Assembly: GCA_040755995.1 (NCBI GenBank)
Contig: JBFMAF010000003.1
Location: 64,001 to 128,000 of the forward strand
DNA: 64,000 nucleotides
From: Acidobacteriota bacterium
GTDB taxonomy: Bacteria; Acidobacteriota; CAIWXX01
Direction of reading: 5' to 3'
This document shows, in pieces, positions 36,385 to 46,713 of the stretch (position 1 is the first letter of the stretch; every line of letters begins with the position of its first letter). The notes beneath the pieces are model-generated. The model had not been told where the DNA came from, made no database searches, and saw only the letters and a program-made list of their open reading frames with translations. The position numbers and the translations under genes were made by a program.

Positions 36385-38289
36385 CTACTCCCCTCGCCCT
36401 ATTAGTGTCATCACCGGCCGCGTGCCTTGGACTCCGTGAGAAATGGCAGCCCCGGCGGAACCCGTGGTTTGGAGATGCCAGAGCAAGGGGTTGCCGTTTT
36501 GAGCCAGGTAGATCCATGCGGTTGGGGAGACGCCGGGCATGGTGGTGGTCCACGGAGCGACCGTGCCGCCGTACCAGTTGTCGCAGCCGCTCGGGAAGGA
36601 ACCGTCGCTCCTCTGCAGGGGGTATAGCTGGCGAAGAACGTAGTTCGCACCAAGGATTCCTGCCGCCGCTGCCTGAGCACTGGCTTCGACCGACACCGTC
36701 CACGGCCCGGCGATGTCGCCATAGCCGTAGACGATCCTTCGAGCCGGATTGTTCTTGTCGAATGACTGGGTTCTGAGGAGCGTGGCGGCAAACCCCTGCG
36801 AGGACAGCGCGTCGGCTTCCCTGCCAGCCAGACGCAAGAGCTCAACACCCCAGCTCCCAGCCGTATCCATGGCTGTTCCAAAGTCGTTCGGTCCTGCCCC
36901 GATCTTCATGCGCTTCAGGACGCTGTCCCACCCATAATTGAGGATGCTCTGCGAAAGCCGTCGCGCGTCCGCATCCCTCCCGGCTGCAATCAGTCCAAAG
37001 TAGGTGGAGATGTTCCCCTCGAGCCCTTGCGTCACGAGCTTGGGGTAGTCCTTTACGCGTCCGACCTGTCTCACCATCCAGCTTCCCGCCTTGATGATTG
37101 CCTTGTTGAGACTCGCTGGACTCGGATGCATCTTCGCGTCTCTCAGACGGTCGAGCGCCACGACACACCACGCCGTGTTGCCGATCCATTGACAGCGATC
37201 AATGTCCCCGGTCTGCGTCTCGTTTCCGGTGCAGCTGGAGTCGACCGGCACGACCTGCTTCTCTTCGTCCAGCGTGTAGCCGGTGAACCACGCCCCGGCG
37301 TTCTTCTTGCCAGAGATCTGAAGCCTGAGCAGCTCATCTGCAAGATCGTTTGCGGCGTCTCTGAACGCTGTATCTCCGGTGCGCCCGTACTCATCGACGA
37401 AGACCAGAAGCGCAAGTGCCTCCGAATACGTGTTGTAGTTCGGGTAGGCGGGATCATTCGTGTCAAACCACGCCGGTACCAGACCATTGTCAGCATCCTG
37501 CTGTCTCAGGATCGCCTTCGCCGTGGATCCCCGAAGATCCGGATTGGCGATCACGGGCTCGAACGAGGTCTCGACAAGCCTGTGCTTGGAACCGGGACGA
37601 AGGTCAACCGCGGCGAGCTCGTCCAGGTACAGAATGCCGCTGTCCGACCCCGGCTCGCACTCTTTGCCGTCGCGAATGCAGCGGGCGATCGCCAGCTGGA
37701 TCTCCGTGATGGAGGAAGTGTCGAGTGGTGGAGCTTTCTCGCAGACTGACGACTCTCCGAAGCACTGGAACTCGCGGAGATCCACGTACATGGGCCGCCA
37801 CACCCGTAGATCCAGCACGCTCTCCGCCGAGATCCAATACAGACGTCCACTGCCGTCCTTCAGCTTGATCTGCAGATTGTGGTGGGTGTCCGTCGTCGAG
37901 TTTTTGAAAGATAGGCGCAGGTGGTCGTAGCCGGTCAGGTCCAGGGGACTGTCATGCGGGAAGGAACGGTAGATCACCAGCCAATCGCCATCATCGAGGT
38001 CGTAGCGGACGGCCATGGACTTCCCCGAGCATCCGGCTGAACTGGTCAGCTTAGGCGGTGGGACGCCTTCATCGGAGCAACAGAACGACCAAACCGCGGG
38101 CTTCTCGAAGCCATCGATCACCAGATCGATGCGGCCGTCCTTACAGGCATTGGGCCACAGCGAGGGCGCCGCGACAGAGTCGGCTCCGGGTGGGGCGGGG
38201 ACTGGGAGCACACAAACGAGCGCGAATGCGCTCACCGGGATCAGCGATCTGCGGTCCACGCTTCTGCCACGCGCTGCTATGGATCTCAT
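36385..38289 (-). CDS. Exported protein with a CBM11-like beta-sandwich and an (alpha/alpha)-toroid domain
   Basis: AAAGGAGG RBS, signal-like segment, LDLTGYD...LYLDEL jelly-roll pattern, helical C-terminal half. Confidence 0.65.
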   Translation of the reverse strand: MRSIAARGRSVDRRSLIPVSAFALVCVLPVPAPPGADSVAAPSLWPNACKDGRIDLVIDGFEKPAVWSFCCSDEGVPPPKLTSSAGCSGKSMAVRYDLDDGDWLVIYRSFPHDSPLDLTGYDHLRLSFKNSTTDTHHNLQIKLKDGSGRLYWISAESVLDLRVWRPMYVDLREFQCFGESSVCEKAPPLDTSSITEIQLAIARCIRDGKECEPGSDSGILYLDELAAVDLRPGSKHRLVETSFEPVIANPDLRGSTAKAILRQQDADNGLVPAWFDTNDPAYPNYNTYSEALALLVFVDEYGRTGDTAFRDAANDLADELLRLQISGKKNAGAWFTGYTLDEEKQVVPVDSSCTGNETQTGDIDRCQWIGNTAWCVVALDRLRDAKMHPSPASLNKAIIKAGSWMVRQVGRVKDYPKLVTQGLEGNISTYFGLIAAGRDADARRLSQSILNYGWDSVLKRMKIGAGPNDFGTAMDTAGSWGVELLRLAGREADALSSQGFAATLLRTQSFDKNNPARRIVYGYGDIAGPWTVSVEASAQAAAAGILGANYVLRQLYPLQRSDGSFPSGCDNWYGGTVAPWTTTMPGVSPTAWIYLAQNGNPLLWHLQTTGSAGAAISHGVQGTRPVMTLIGRGE

Positions 38290-38508
38290 GTGGCGGAACC
38301 TCCTTTCATCCAGGTATGCCGTGTACCCCTCTGAACAACCACTGTCTCGTAGTAGGGTCACTTCGGGTGCATTACTCAACCTCGGTTCTTGCCTTGCAGC
38401 GAGCCTCCCGATTCCACTCAGGTGCGTGGCAACCTCCATCTCACAGTCTGCCACGGCGTGATCGGAGCCCAACCAGCACCGGCTACTTGGCCAAGTCTAC
38501 TCCCCGGG

Positions 38509-38664
38509 CTATTTCTTTGGATCCTTGCACACTTCCTTCGCGTGCTCTATCGCGTCGCCGTGGCTCTCCCCTCGGTCGCGCTCGTGGTCATACGTCTCCT
38601 TGACGCATTCTCTCTCGCGGTCGGCCTTGTCCGGCTTGTCTTTGTCAGGCTTCTCTTCTGGCAT
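38509..38664 (-). CDS. 51-aa charged peptide with two Cys
   Basis: GAGGAAAGGAG RBS before ATG 38664; in frame with the longer ORF 38509-39222. Confidence 0.55.
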   Translation of the reverse strand: MPEEKPDKDKPDKADRERECVKETYDHERDRGESHGDAIEHAKEVCKDPKK

Positions 38665-39222
38665 TGTGTTCTCCTTTCCTCTTCTATCGTGCATCGGCCA
38701 TTCGGCAACTTGCAGATGGCTGGTTGGGGGATGCGGGATCAAGCGCAGGTTTCCGTCGGCATAAAGGACCAGAAACTGCGGCCATGAGTCCTCTCCGCTC
38801 AGCTTCTTCGATACTGCGAGGTAGTGAGTGTCCTCCAGGGAAGGACCCCCAACACTGGAGGCAGTCATTCCCTGCGGCCGCCAGAAACTGGATTCCCGAT
38901 AAGCCCATACCACCCAAGTCCCGTCGTCGTGAAGCTTGAGCTGCGCGGGCGTGAAGTTGTAGCTGTCGCCCGAGGGGGGCGGGCAGTTGGTGGAATTCGG
39001 AGGGCAATCATATGTCGTCACTGCATACGCTGGATGCGTCGCCTCGATCACGAATCTCGACGACACACCTCGAAGCGCCATGTTAACGTTGTCCTCCTCC
39101 GCGCACAGGGTGGCTACGGAGTTGTTCCGGAGCTCCACGCAGGCCTCTTCACAGAAGCATGGATCTGAGAGCAGCCATCCGACGGTCAGATACGCTAGCA
39201 GTAATCTTGACTTCGCTAGCAT
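38665..39222 (-). CDS. Exported hypothetical protein, probably truncated and reading through into the 51-aa ORF
   Basis: AAGGAG RBS and signal peptide; composition changes abruptly after LIPHPP. Confidence 0.5.
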
Positions 39223-39334
39223 GGTCTTGTCTCCTTCGCGATCTCGTTCCCTCCGGTCCCACTGAACCCCTCACCGATTAAGTGCCTCTACATCACCAGA
39301 ATCTTGGAAACATTCGACACGACGACACGAATCC

Positions 39335-40606
39335 TCACTGGAGGCTCAGCTCGATGCTGGACCCTGCCGTCAGGAAGCGGTACTCCATCGTGCCGCCGGA
39401 GGCCAGGGCCAAGTTGCTCACCAGATCTTCCACCTTCGCCATATGGTCCTTGTTTGTCTGCTTGTCGCTTGCCGCGGAACTCGAGTTGAACCAGAAGGTG
39501 AACGGCTGGGGCGCCGCGGCCAGACGGGCGCGGGCGATCAGGTCCACTACGGCGAGGTCGGGGTTGTTGTGGGCGCCGTTGCCGCAGAAGATGTAGTGGT
39601 CGGCGGTGACCTTGTTGCAGAAATCCTCGTGGATGTTGTGCTCGGAGCCGTGGTGCTGGACCTTCAGAACGTCCACGTGCAAACGGCCGCCTTCCAGGCG
39701 GCCCTCCAGTCCCTTCAAGATGTCGTCTGCGTGGCCGTCTCCCGTGAGCAGCACCTTCCTCCCATCCTCTTCGACCAGAAGCATCAGCGAGGCGAGGTTC
39801 GGGGTGGTCACGTTCTTTCGATCGCCTAGTTCATTGGCCAGCGCCACAGCCGGCACGATCAGGCGGTCTATGGCGTTCGCGTGCAGACGCTCCTCGTCCT
39901 CGCGGGCCCGGCGGGCGATCTCCAGCAGCGCCTTGCGATTGTCGTCGAGCCACTCGTTCCACTCCTGACGCAGCTTGTCGAGATCCTCCTCGAACGGCCC
40001 CACCACCGTGATGCTCATCTGACCCACCGTGACCGGTTGCTGCGCAGGCCGCGCCATCGCGAGCTTCCCGCCAAATGCCCGGTTGAGCGGGATGCCGAGC
40101 TGGGCATCTCCGACCCGCCGCGAGAGCTGAATCGCCTCCTTCGTGCTCGTGACCAGCTCGGCGTACCCAGCCGCGCCGAGCTTGATCTCCTCGTCGTCGG
40201 AAGCCGAGAGCACCGAGGCGATCGCGGCCAGCATGTCCGAGATCGGCCCTGCGTTCTCACCGACAAGCTCGTGGAAGGCATTGTGCCAGATCTCGCGTAC
40301 ATCGGGCGGCGCCGGGCTGTTGGGAGGCGCCGGGTTGGGCGGATCATTCCTCTGGACCCGGTAGCTGTGGACGCGCCACGCCACCGTGTCATCCATCAGC
40401 TGCAGTATCCCGGAAATGTGATCCGAGTCGATATGCGAAACATACACAAGGTCCAGCGGCGCTCCACCAGTTGCCCCGCGCAGCACGGGCGCCACGTGTT
40501 GCGAAAACGATGAACGCATGCCGCCGTCTACCAGCAGGTAGGTCGGTCCTTTACCCTCGATCAACAGGCAGTCGCCCTTGTCGGATTGGAAAACGGTGAG
40601 CTTCAT
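39335..40606 (-). CDS. MBL-fold hydrolase (ComEC/Avs1a-like)
   Basis: KGDCLL, VDGG, SHIDSDHISG, LLTGD and KVQHHGS motifs; ATGA-coupled to the S8 gene. Confidence 0.88.
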   Translation of the reverse strand: MKLTVFQSDKGDCLLIEGKGPTYLLVDGGMRSSFSQHVAPVLRGATGGAPLDLVYVSHIDSDHISGILQLMDDTVAWRVHSYRVQRNDPPNPAPPNSPAPPDVREIWHNAFHELVGENAGPISDMLAAIASVLSASDDEEIKLGAAGYAELVTSTKEAIQLSRRVGDAQLGIPLNRAFGGKLAMARPAQQPVTVGQMSITVVGPFEEDLDKLRQEWNEWLDDNRKALLEIARRAREDEERLHANAIDRLIVPAVALANELGDRKNVTTPNLASLMLLVEEDGRKVLLTGDGHADDILKGLEGRLEGGRLHVDVLKVQHHGSEHNIHEDFCNKVTADHYIFCGNGAHNNPDLAVVDLIARARLAAAPQPFTFWFNSSSAASDKQTNKDHMAKVEDLVSNLALASGGTMEYRFLTAGSSIELSLQ

Positions 40607-42651
40607 CGCGTTATGTCCTTTCGCGTGCCGACCTCGGCTGCCTCGGCAAGGCAGGCCTCCGGGTCTATCCGGCCGAAACCGGCGTCGTTGGCCCACTGGA
40701 AATCGGCCCCCGGGAGCGGCCGGGCCGTACGGTGGATGATGCCCTCGATCTGCGCGGCCGTCAGCTTGGGCTCGACGGCAAGCATCAGCCCAACTACGCC
40801 CGCTACGAACGGGCTCGCCATGCTCGTCCCCGTCATCTTCACCCAAGGATCGCCGGGCGCGCCGAAACCCTTCGCCGCCACGATATCGGTGCCCGGAGCG
40901 GCCACATCCGGCTTGCACCTCCCGTCGCGCGTCGGCCCCTGGCTCGAAGTGATGTTCACCCTCTCGGCCGCTTCATCGAGATTGGCCACCGAGATCACGC
41001 GATGGCCGCAAGCGAGCGAGCTGACGGAGGAGTTGTCGACGTTGGACTGCTCGGAGAAGAACGACGGGAAGCTCCAGGCCTGCCTCGGACCCACCCGGCC
41101 CACCCGGCGTGGGTCGTCTCGTTCGATCCAGCCGTGGAAATGCCCGTCGCGGACGTCGAGGCCGTGCAGGCGGACGGTCCACTGTCCTGCCGGGATGCCG
41201 ACGACAGCTCCGTCGCGCAGCAGAGGGCTCAGGTAGACGGAGACCCAGTTGGCGCCGTTGGCCGGATGGTAGAGCTCGTTGTAGATGGAAAGGAAGCTGC
41301 CGTCGGCGAGCTGCCGGTTCTCGACATACTGTCGCGGATCGATCGGCCCGATCCAGTCGCCGCCCGGCGGCCTCACGGACACCGCGAATCGGTCCTGCGG
41401 GCTGTACCAGATCTCCAGCTCATTCTCCGAGATGTCCAGCACACCGTTGCCCGCCACCAGCCACTCGATGTCGGTCACGAGGCCGCGCGCCGCGATCTTG
41501 CCGGAGGTGTGGATCCGGCCCATGACATAGCCGATGTCGCCCTCGAACGCCGCCACATCCTGCCCCGCGTTTCCAGCCGCGACACAGACGCTGCGTCCCG
41601 GAACGGTGAGCGCAGCGTCGATCCAGCGGCTCACAGCGGCGCTTGCGTCGTGGGCGTGGCCGTTGGTCCCAAGACTGACGTTGATCGACAGGGGCACATG
41701 CATCTCGTCGGCAAGCCCGATGAGATAGTCCACCGCGTGAGCTATGCGCGTTGAGTCGTAGAACGACACGCGCCGGTCCAGGTCGGCCTCGGGGAGTGAG
41801 ATGAGGACCCCCGCCAGCATCGCCTTCGGGCAGAGCCCGGAGTTGCCGGCAGCGATGCTGGCGACATGGGTGCCGTGCGAGGCCTCGGCCATCTGCGACT
41901 GCCGCTCCAGCTCTTGCGCCGGGACGCGAACGCTCGGCGCGGCCGCGATGGCTTCATTGAGGTGCTTCTGGAGGAGCTCAGCTCCGTAGTTGAACGGCGG
42001 CCCTGTGGTTGGGCTCGGGCGGGCGTCGCCGCCCTGGTCCCAGATCCGCACCCATCGAGTCGTGCCGTCGGGATTGAGGAAGTCCGGGTGAGCGAAGTCG
42101 AACCCCTGGACGTCGATGACGCCGATGAGCACTCCTTCTCCGCCACGGTGCTTCGCGACCGGTGCCCACCGGCGCCGCTCCGCCGGAGCCGTCGCCGTCG
42201 CTTCGTTCGAAATGATCGGAGTCGGCGCCGCAAGGGACTGCCCTAGCTCGATGTACGCGACGTCGGGGCGGGCGGCGAGCCTCCGGAGGTCGGCGAGGGA
42301 GACGGTCGCAGTAGTCAGATCGCCGCGCCGGGCAGTCTCGCCGGGGAGCGGTCGCACCCGCCGCGCGCGGTCCAGCGTATGCACGAACACGTTCGCAAGG
42401 ACATCGTCAGGGGTGTGATCGAGCGTCCGGCGAGCCACGTCCACTGTCGCGGGCACCTCGGATTTCGTGAGGGCCACGGCCAGCTCGCCCCGCTGGGCTG
42501 CGACCTTCCGCAGCAGAGGGCTTTTCGGCGCAGCAAGCGCCGACGCGTGCTCGGCCCGCAGCACGTTGACCTCAGAGCTGCCGTTAGCAAACATACGGAG
42601 CTTGGGTTGGATCTTCAGCGACTGTCTCGCCGTTGCTTTCGTCTGTATCAT
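40603..42651 (-). CDS. S8 subtilisin-like serine peptidase, no signal peptide
   Basis: GVID, HGTHVASIAAG, AAGN, KPDVAAPG and GTSMASP motifs. Confidence 0.93.
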   Translation of the reverse strand: MIQTKATARQSLKIQPKLRMFANGSSEVNVLRAEHASALAAPKSPLLRKVAAQRGELAVALTKSEVPATVDVARRTLDHTPDDVLANVFVHTLDRARRVRPLPGETARRGDLTTATVSLADLRRLAARPDVAYIELGQSLAAPTPIISNEATATAPAERRRWAPVAKHRGGEGVLIGVIDVQGFDFAHPDFLNPDGTTRWVRIWDQGGDARPSPTTGPPFNYGAELLQKHLNEAIAAAPSVRVPAQELERQSQMAEASHGTHVASIAAGNSGLCPKAMLAGVLISLPEADLDRRVSFYDSTRIAHAVDYLIGLADEMHVPLSINVSLGTNGHAHDASAAVSRWIDAALTVPGRSVCVAAGNAGQDVAAFEGDIGYVMGRIHTSGKIAARGLVTDIEWLVAGNGVLDISENELEIWYSPQDRFAVSVRPPGGDWIGPIDPRQYVENRQLADGSFLSIYNELYHPANGANWVSVYLSPLLRDGAVVGIPAGQWTVRLHGLDVRDGHFHGWIERDDPRRVGRVGPRQAWSFPSFFSEQSNVDNSSVSSLACGHRVISVANLDEAAERVNITSSQGPTRDGRCKPDVAAPGTDIVAAKGFGAPGDPWVKMTGTSMASPFVAGVVGLMLAVEPKLTAAQIEGIIHRTARPLPGADFQWANDAGFGRIDPEACLAEAAEVGTRKDITR

Positions 42652-42887
42652 GGCTGCCTCCCGGTCCTGGTCGCACGCCCGGGATGGAATACGTGGACCC
42701 GGAATTCTGCGATGGCCCCCCGTTGGTATGCCTCATGAGCGCGCTGCGGCGTCCTGCGACGGACGGTGTGAGGGGGAGCCGCGGAAACGGAGCCCGGACT
42801 GATCGCCGCGTGTCCATCTCTCTCCGTCATCGCCCCCCGTCTGTTCACTGCCTTGAATGGCAGGCTGCGCATTCTGGTGTCCGACTG

Positions 42888-43451
42888 CTAGCTGTTGCGG
42901 CGGCGCCTGAGCATCGAAATCCTGTAGTAGACCGTGCCCTCCGGGACGCCGATGCGGCGGGCTACAGCGCGAACCGTCTCGCCCGCGACCAGCATCTCGC
43001 GGGCGCAGTCGGCGCCGGGGCCGAAGATCTCGCCAATGGCATTCAGAATCGCCTGGCGGGGCGAGCAAGGCTCGGGTGTCCCTGCCAGGCCGGGTGGGGC
43101 GGTTCCAAACGCGGCGCTCGACCGGCGCAAGCGCAACCTCATCTCGCCGATCGACTGCCGATCGAGTGTGCCCCTGATCCAGGCAGTAGGGTGCTGGATC
43201 TGGTGCCCCTTGAGAACGGCCAACGCGAATGCCTCCTGCACAATGTCCTCTGCATCCTGCCAGCTCACTCGAAAACGCCTGTACACGGCCGTCACGAATC
43301 GTCTCCTGTACCGCCTGTAACAGTGGTCCAGCTGTTCCGGCGAACACGGGCCCGCCATCGGCGGCAACCCACCTCCGCTCGGGCCGCAATGGGCGTCCGA
43401 GGACACCGGCGGCGGACTGATACCCCCTCCGTGAGATGCTCCCATTGCCAT
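42888..43451 (-). CDS. ECF-type sigma factor, divergent
   Basis: DAEDIVQEAF (region 2) and VARRIGVPEGTVYYRI (region 4); start uncertain. Confidence 0.75.
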   Translation of the reverse strand: MAMGASHGGGISPPPVSSDAHCGPSGGGLPPMAGPCSPEQLDHCYRRYRRRFVTAVYRRFRVSWQDAEDIVQEAFALAVLKGHQIQHPTAWIRGTLDRQSIGEMRLRLRRSSAAFGTAPPGLAGTPEPCSPRQAILNAIGEIFGPGADCAREMLVAGETVRAVARRIGVPEGTVYYRISMLRRRRNS

Positions 43452-43806
43452 GCCCTCAATCTCCCCTTCTGATTTGGTCCCAGCCATCCCACACCCCCTG
43501 CGTGCGAAACAACCCTCTGCCTAAGGAGGATTTGGGGAAAAGGCCGTATCTTGCGTCTGGGAATGAAAAAATCTTCGAAAAAAAACGTGATTGGGCAGCA
43601 GCCGATCTTCGCTGAACCGCCGGGTCAGCACCACGGGGCCAGACGAAGCCATAGGCTCGCACCGAGCCGCCGGCGGCTTGGCCGCGCGCTACTGGGCGGT
43701 GCGCGCGCGTCGCACCGTCAATCGCGGGTCAGGAACGGCACTCCATGACGCGGGGAAAAGCAGCTGCGGCAAGCCAGACCGAGGCCTGCAAGTGTCGCCT
43801 CGGCCC

Positions 43807-44217
43807 CTACCCCTTCCTTGGGCGCTTCTCCGTGCGGCTCGACCTCGTCGACCGCGATGTGTGGGTTGCAACGATCACCCAACGCCTCCCAGTGCGCTTC
43901 CATACCCGAGTGAATCTGTAGCAGCCGGATATCGATCTACCGCCGACCTTGCCATCCACCTCTGAACGCCCGGTGACGACGGCACCGCCGCGCAGGAGGA
44001 TGATCCTGTCCACCTCGACATCCAGCTTGGTGAGGCAGAAGTCAACGCGGGTGAAGTCGCTGAGTGCGTGCTCCCGGCCCCAGACTTCTCCGTCGCCGCT
44101 TGTGAAGACGTATTCCCGCGCGAGGAGCCGCGACAGGGTCGGAAGGTCGCGCGACCGCATGGCCGACAGCAGCTCTCGCTCCTGTACCAGCAGCGCCCGC
44201 GCGTCTACGGTAACCAC
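43807..44217 (-). CDS. NTF2/SnoaL-like (DUF4440) protein
   Basis: DL..LSRLLA..YVF...G, AVVTG and FTRVW...W.IVA.H patterns. Confidence 0.8.
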   Translation of the reverse strand: MVTVDARALLVQERELLSAMRSRDLPTLSRLLAREYVFTSGDGEVWGREHALSDFTRVDFCLTKLDVEVDRIILLRGGAVVTGRSEVDGKVGGRSISGCYRFTRVWKRTGRRWVIVATHTSRSTRSSRTEKRPRKG

Positions 44218-44279
44218 TCCGCCTACTGCCCGCGTCCTCTCAAGGTCGCAGGAATCACTCTGCCGGCGACGGCGTGCGG

Positions 44280-44798
44280 TCACCGGGCCTTCACCCCGTA
44301 CTTGCTCAGGTCGCGATCCGGCGTCCAGAATGTGCCGTCCGGGAGCCGTGTGGTCGGGTCCAACCTGGCGCAGTCGAGACTGGCGCCTGCGATGTTCGCG
44401 CCGAGCATGTCGGCACCCTCCAGTCGCGCACCATGCAGGTTGGCGTCCTGCATCCGGGCTCCACGCAGGCCGGCCCTCCGCAGGTTGCTCCACCGCAGGT
44501 CCGCGCCGCGCAGATCCGCCTGGTCAAATGCGACACCCTGAAGATCTGCAGCCCTCAGGTTCGTCTTCTCCAACGCGGCTCCAATGCCGCCGTCGCTCCG
44601 CAGCTTCTCGACCAGCTTCACCTTCTGCCGCTCTTCCTCCCTGATCGATCCCGACCGTGACATGTCCTTATCGAAGCATGCGTGGCAAATCCCCCAGTAG
44701 ATGTCCATCTCTGAACCGTAGACGTGGCTCTCGCAGCAAGGACGGCCGCAGTCACGGCAGGAATCCCGGGCGGGTTCCCCACAGATGTGGCATCGCAT
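44280..44798 (-). CDS. Pentapeptide-repeat protein with an N-terminal Cys/His zinc finger
   Basis: CHICG...CRDCGRPCCESH...CHAC followed by A(D/N)LxG repeats. Confidence 0.85.
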   Translation of the reverse strand: MRCHICGEPARDSCRDCGRPCCESHVYGSEMDIYWGICHACFDKDMSRSGSIREEERQKVKLVEKLRSDGGIGAALEKTNLRAADLQGVAFDQADLRGADLRWSNLRRAGLRGARMQDANLHGARLEGADMLGANIAGASLDCARLDPTTRLPDGTFWTPDRDLSKYGVKAR

Positions 44799-44984
44799 CA
44801 GGATGAGTCTCGCCGAAAAGCGCCGGTGGGTCAAATGCCTGCGCCCCTGCGCAAGCGTCAACGTTGGACCAGCGATCGGGCGATCGGTTGCCATCCTTGA
44901 CTGGCCCACCGAAGAGTCCTACTCTGGACATGTGCATGCGGGAGAACGAGGAGCTTGGGCTGCGACCGCCCGCAAGCCGAACAT

Positions 44985-46577
44985 ATGATGTTGACCAACG
45001 GCCTGAATCGATCGACCGTTCGCTATCCCGACGACACTACCGCGCACGCCCTGTTCGAGGCTCAGGCGGCGCGCACGCCGGATTCCACAGCCGTAGTATG
45101 CGGCGATGAGCGGTTTACTTACCGGGAACTCGACGAGCGCGCGAACCGCGTGGCTCACGCGATTCGCGCTATGTATGCCAAGCTTGCGGGCAGGCCGTTC
45201 TCGGCCGACACGCTGGTCGGGCTATGCATGAGCCGGCGGGCCGACCTGATCACAGGCATGCTGGCGATCTTGAAGGCCGGGGGCGCCTTCGTTCCACTTG
45301 ACCCCGCATATCCGGAGCGCCGTCTGAAGTACATGATGGATGACGCAGGGGCCCCTATCGTCGTGAGCGAGCATGGCTGCCTGGAACAGCTTCTGTTCCT
45401 CAACCGGGGCGAGTACGGAGTGATTTCGATCGACGGCGGGTGGCCGGCGATCCAAAGGCATTCGGCCAAGATCCCCGCGCCTCTGAGCTCGGCGCGCAGC
45501 CTGGCCTATCTCATGTACACGTCGGGATCGACCGGGCGGCCGAAGGGAGCCCTGATCGAGCACCGAGGGATGGTGAACTGCGTTCTCAACGAGGCCCGCG
45601 TGCGGGGCTTCGGGCCGCAGAGCCGCTGCCTGCAGTCCTCCTCGATCGCATTCGACGCGGCAGTCCTGGAGATCTGGCCTGCTCTGCTCTCGGGGTCGGA
45701 GCTGCACCTGGTGCAAGAAGACGTGCGGAGGGACAGCATCGAGCTGATTCGGTACATGTCGGATCGAGGAATCACGCACGCGTTCTTCACGCCCGCGCTG
45801 TTGCGCGCCCTGCCGCGCGCAGACCTCCCGTCGCTGCGTTCGCTGGTCGTGGCCGGCGACGTCTGCGACGCGGACACGATGGGCTACTGGAGCCGCGGGA
45901 GGGCACTGTACAACGCGTATGGGCCCACGGAGACCACTGTGGCGGCCACGATGTGCCAGTACGGCGAGGGCAAGCTGGCCACGGAAATCGGCGGCCCGAT
46001 TGCGAACGTCGCGCTCTACGTGCTGGACCAATACCGGAATCCGACGCCGGTCGGCGTGCCCGGGGAGCTCTACATCGGAGGCGACGGCGTCACGCGCGGG
46101 TATCACAACTGGCCCGAGCTGACGGCCGAGCGGTTCCTCGAGAATCCATTCGCGACGGATGAGGACCGGGCACAACGTCGCAACCTCCGCATGTATCGGA
46201 CCGGCGATCGCGTGCGGTGGCTTTCGAACGGCTCGCTCGAGTTTCTCGGGCGCGTCGACTGCCAGGTCAAGATCCGCGGGTTTCGCATCGAGCCGGGCGA
46301 GATCGAAGCGGCGCTCGCTGCTCATCCCGAGGTCCGCAGCTGCGCAGTCATGCCGTACGGCGACGGCGCCGACCGGCGTCTCGCTGCGTATTTCGTGCCT
46401 GTCGCCGGCGCCGCGGTCACGGCGGACTCGATCACGGCGCACCTCCGTTTGACCCTGCCCGAGTACATGATTCCATCGGCGTTCGTCGAGCTGGAGGCGC
46501 TTCCGTTGTCGCCGAGCGGCAAGGTGGATCGCAATGCCCTTCCGGCGCCGAGGCAGGCCGCTGCGGGCGGTATCTGA
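44985..46577 (+). CDS. Stand-alone NRPS-type amino acid adenylation domain
   Basis: TYRELD, YTSGSTGRPKG, FDAA, NAYGPTE, GELYIGG, YRTGD and SGKVDR motifs; no C or PCP domain. Confidence 0.92.
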   Translation: MMLTNGLNRSTVRYPDDTTAHALFEAQAARTPDSTAVVCGDERFTYRELDERANRVAHAIRAMYAKLAGRPFSADTLVGLCMSRRADLITGMLAILKAGGAFVPLDPAYPERRLKYMMDDAGAPIVVSEHGCLEQLLFLNRGEYGVISIDGGWPAIQRHSAKIPAPLSSARSLAYLMYTSGSTGRPKGALIEHRGMVNCVLNEARVRGFGPQSRCLQSSSIAFDAAVLEIWPALLSGSELHLVQEDVRRDSIELIRYMSDRGITHAFFTPALLRALPRADLPSLRSLVVAGDVCDADTMGYWSRGRALYNAYGPTETTVAATMCQYGEGKLATEIGGPIANVALYVLDQYRNPTPVGVPGELYIGGDGVTRGYHNWPELTAERFLENPFATDEDRAQRRNLRMYRTGDRVRWLSNGSLEFLGRVDCQVKIRGFRIEPGEIEAALAAHPEVRSCAVMPYGDGADRRLAAYFVPVAGAAVTADSITAHLRLTLPEYMIPSAFVELEALPLSPSGKVDRNALPAPRQAAAGGI

Positions 46578-46713
46578 GCACTGCGGGCATCTCTGGAGGT
46601 GGGCGCCGCTGCCTTGCTCCGGCCTTCGGGTGGTCAGCCCGGACTCGACACCGAACGTCGATCACGCTACGATGTGTGCCTTCGGGTAGCAGTACTTGGA
46701 GACGGAGGGACTC

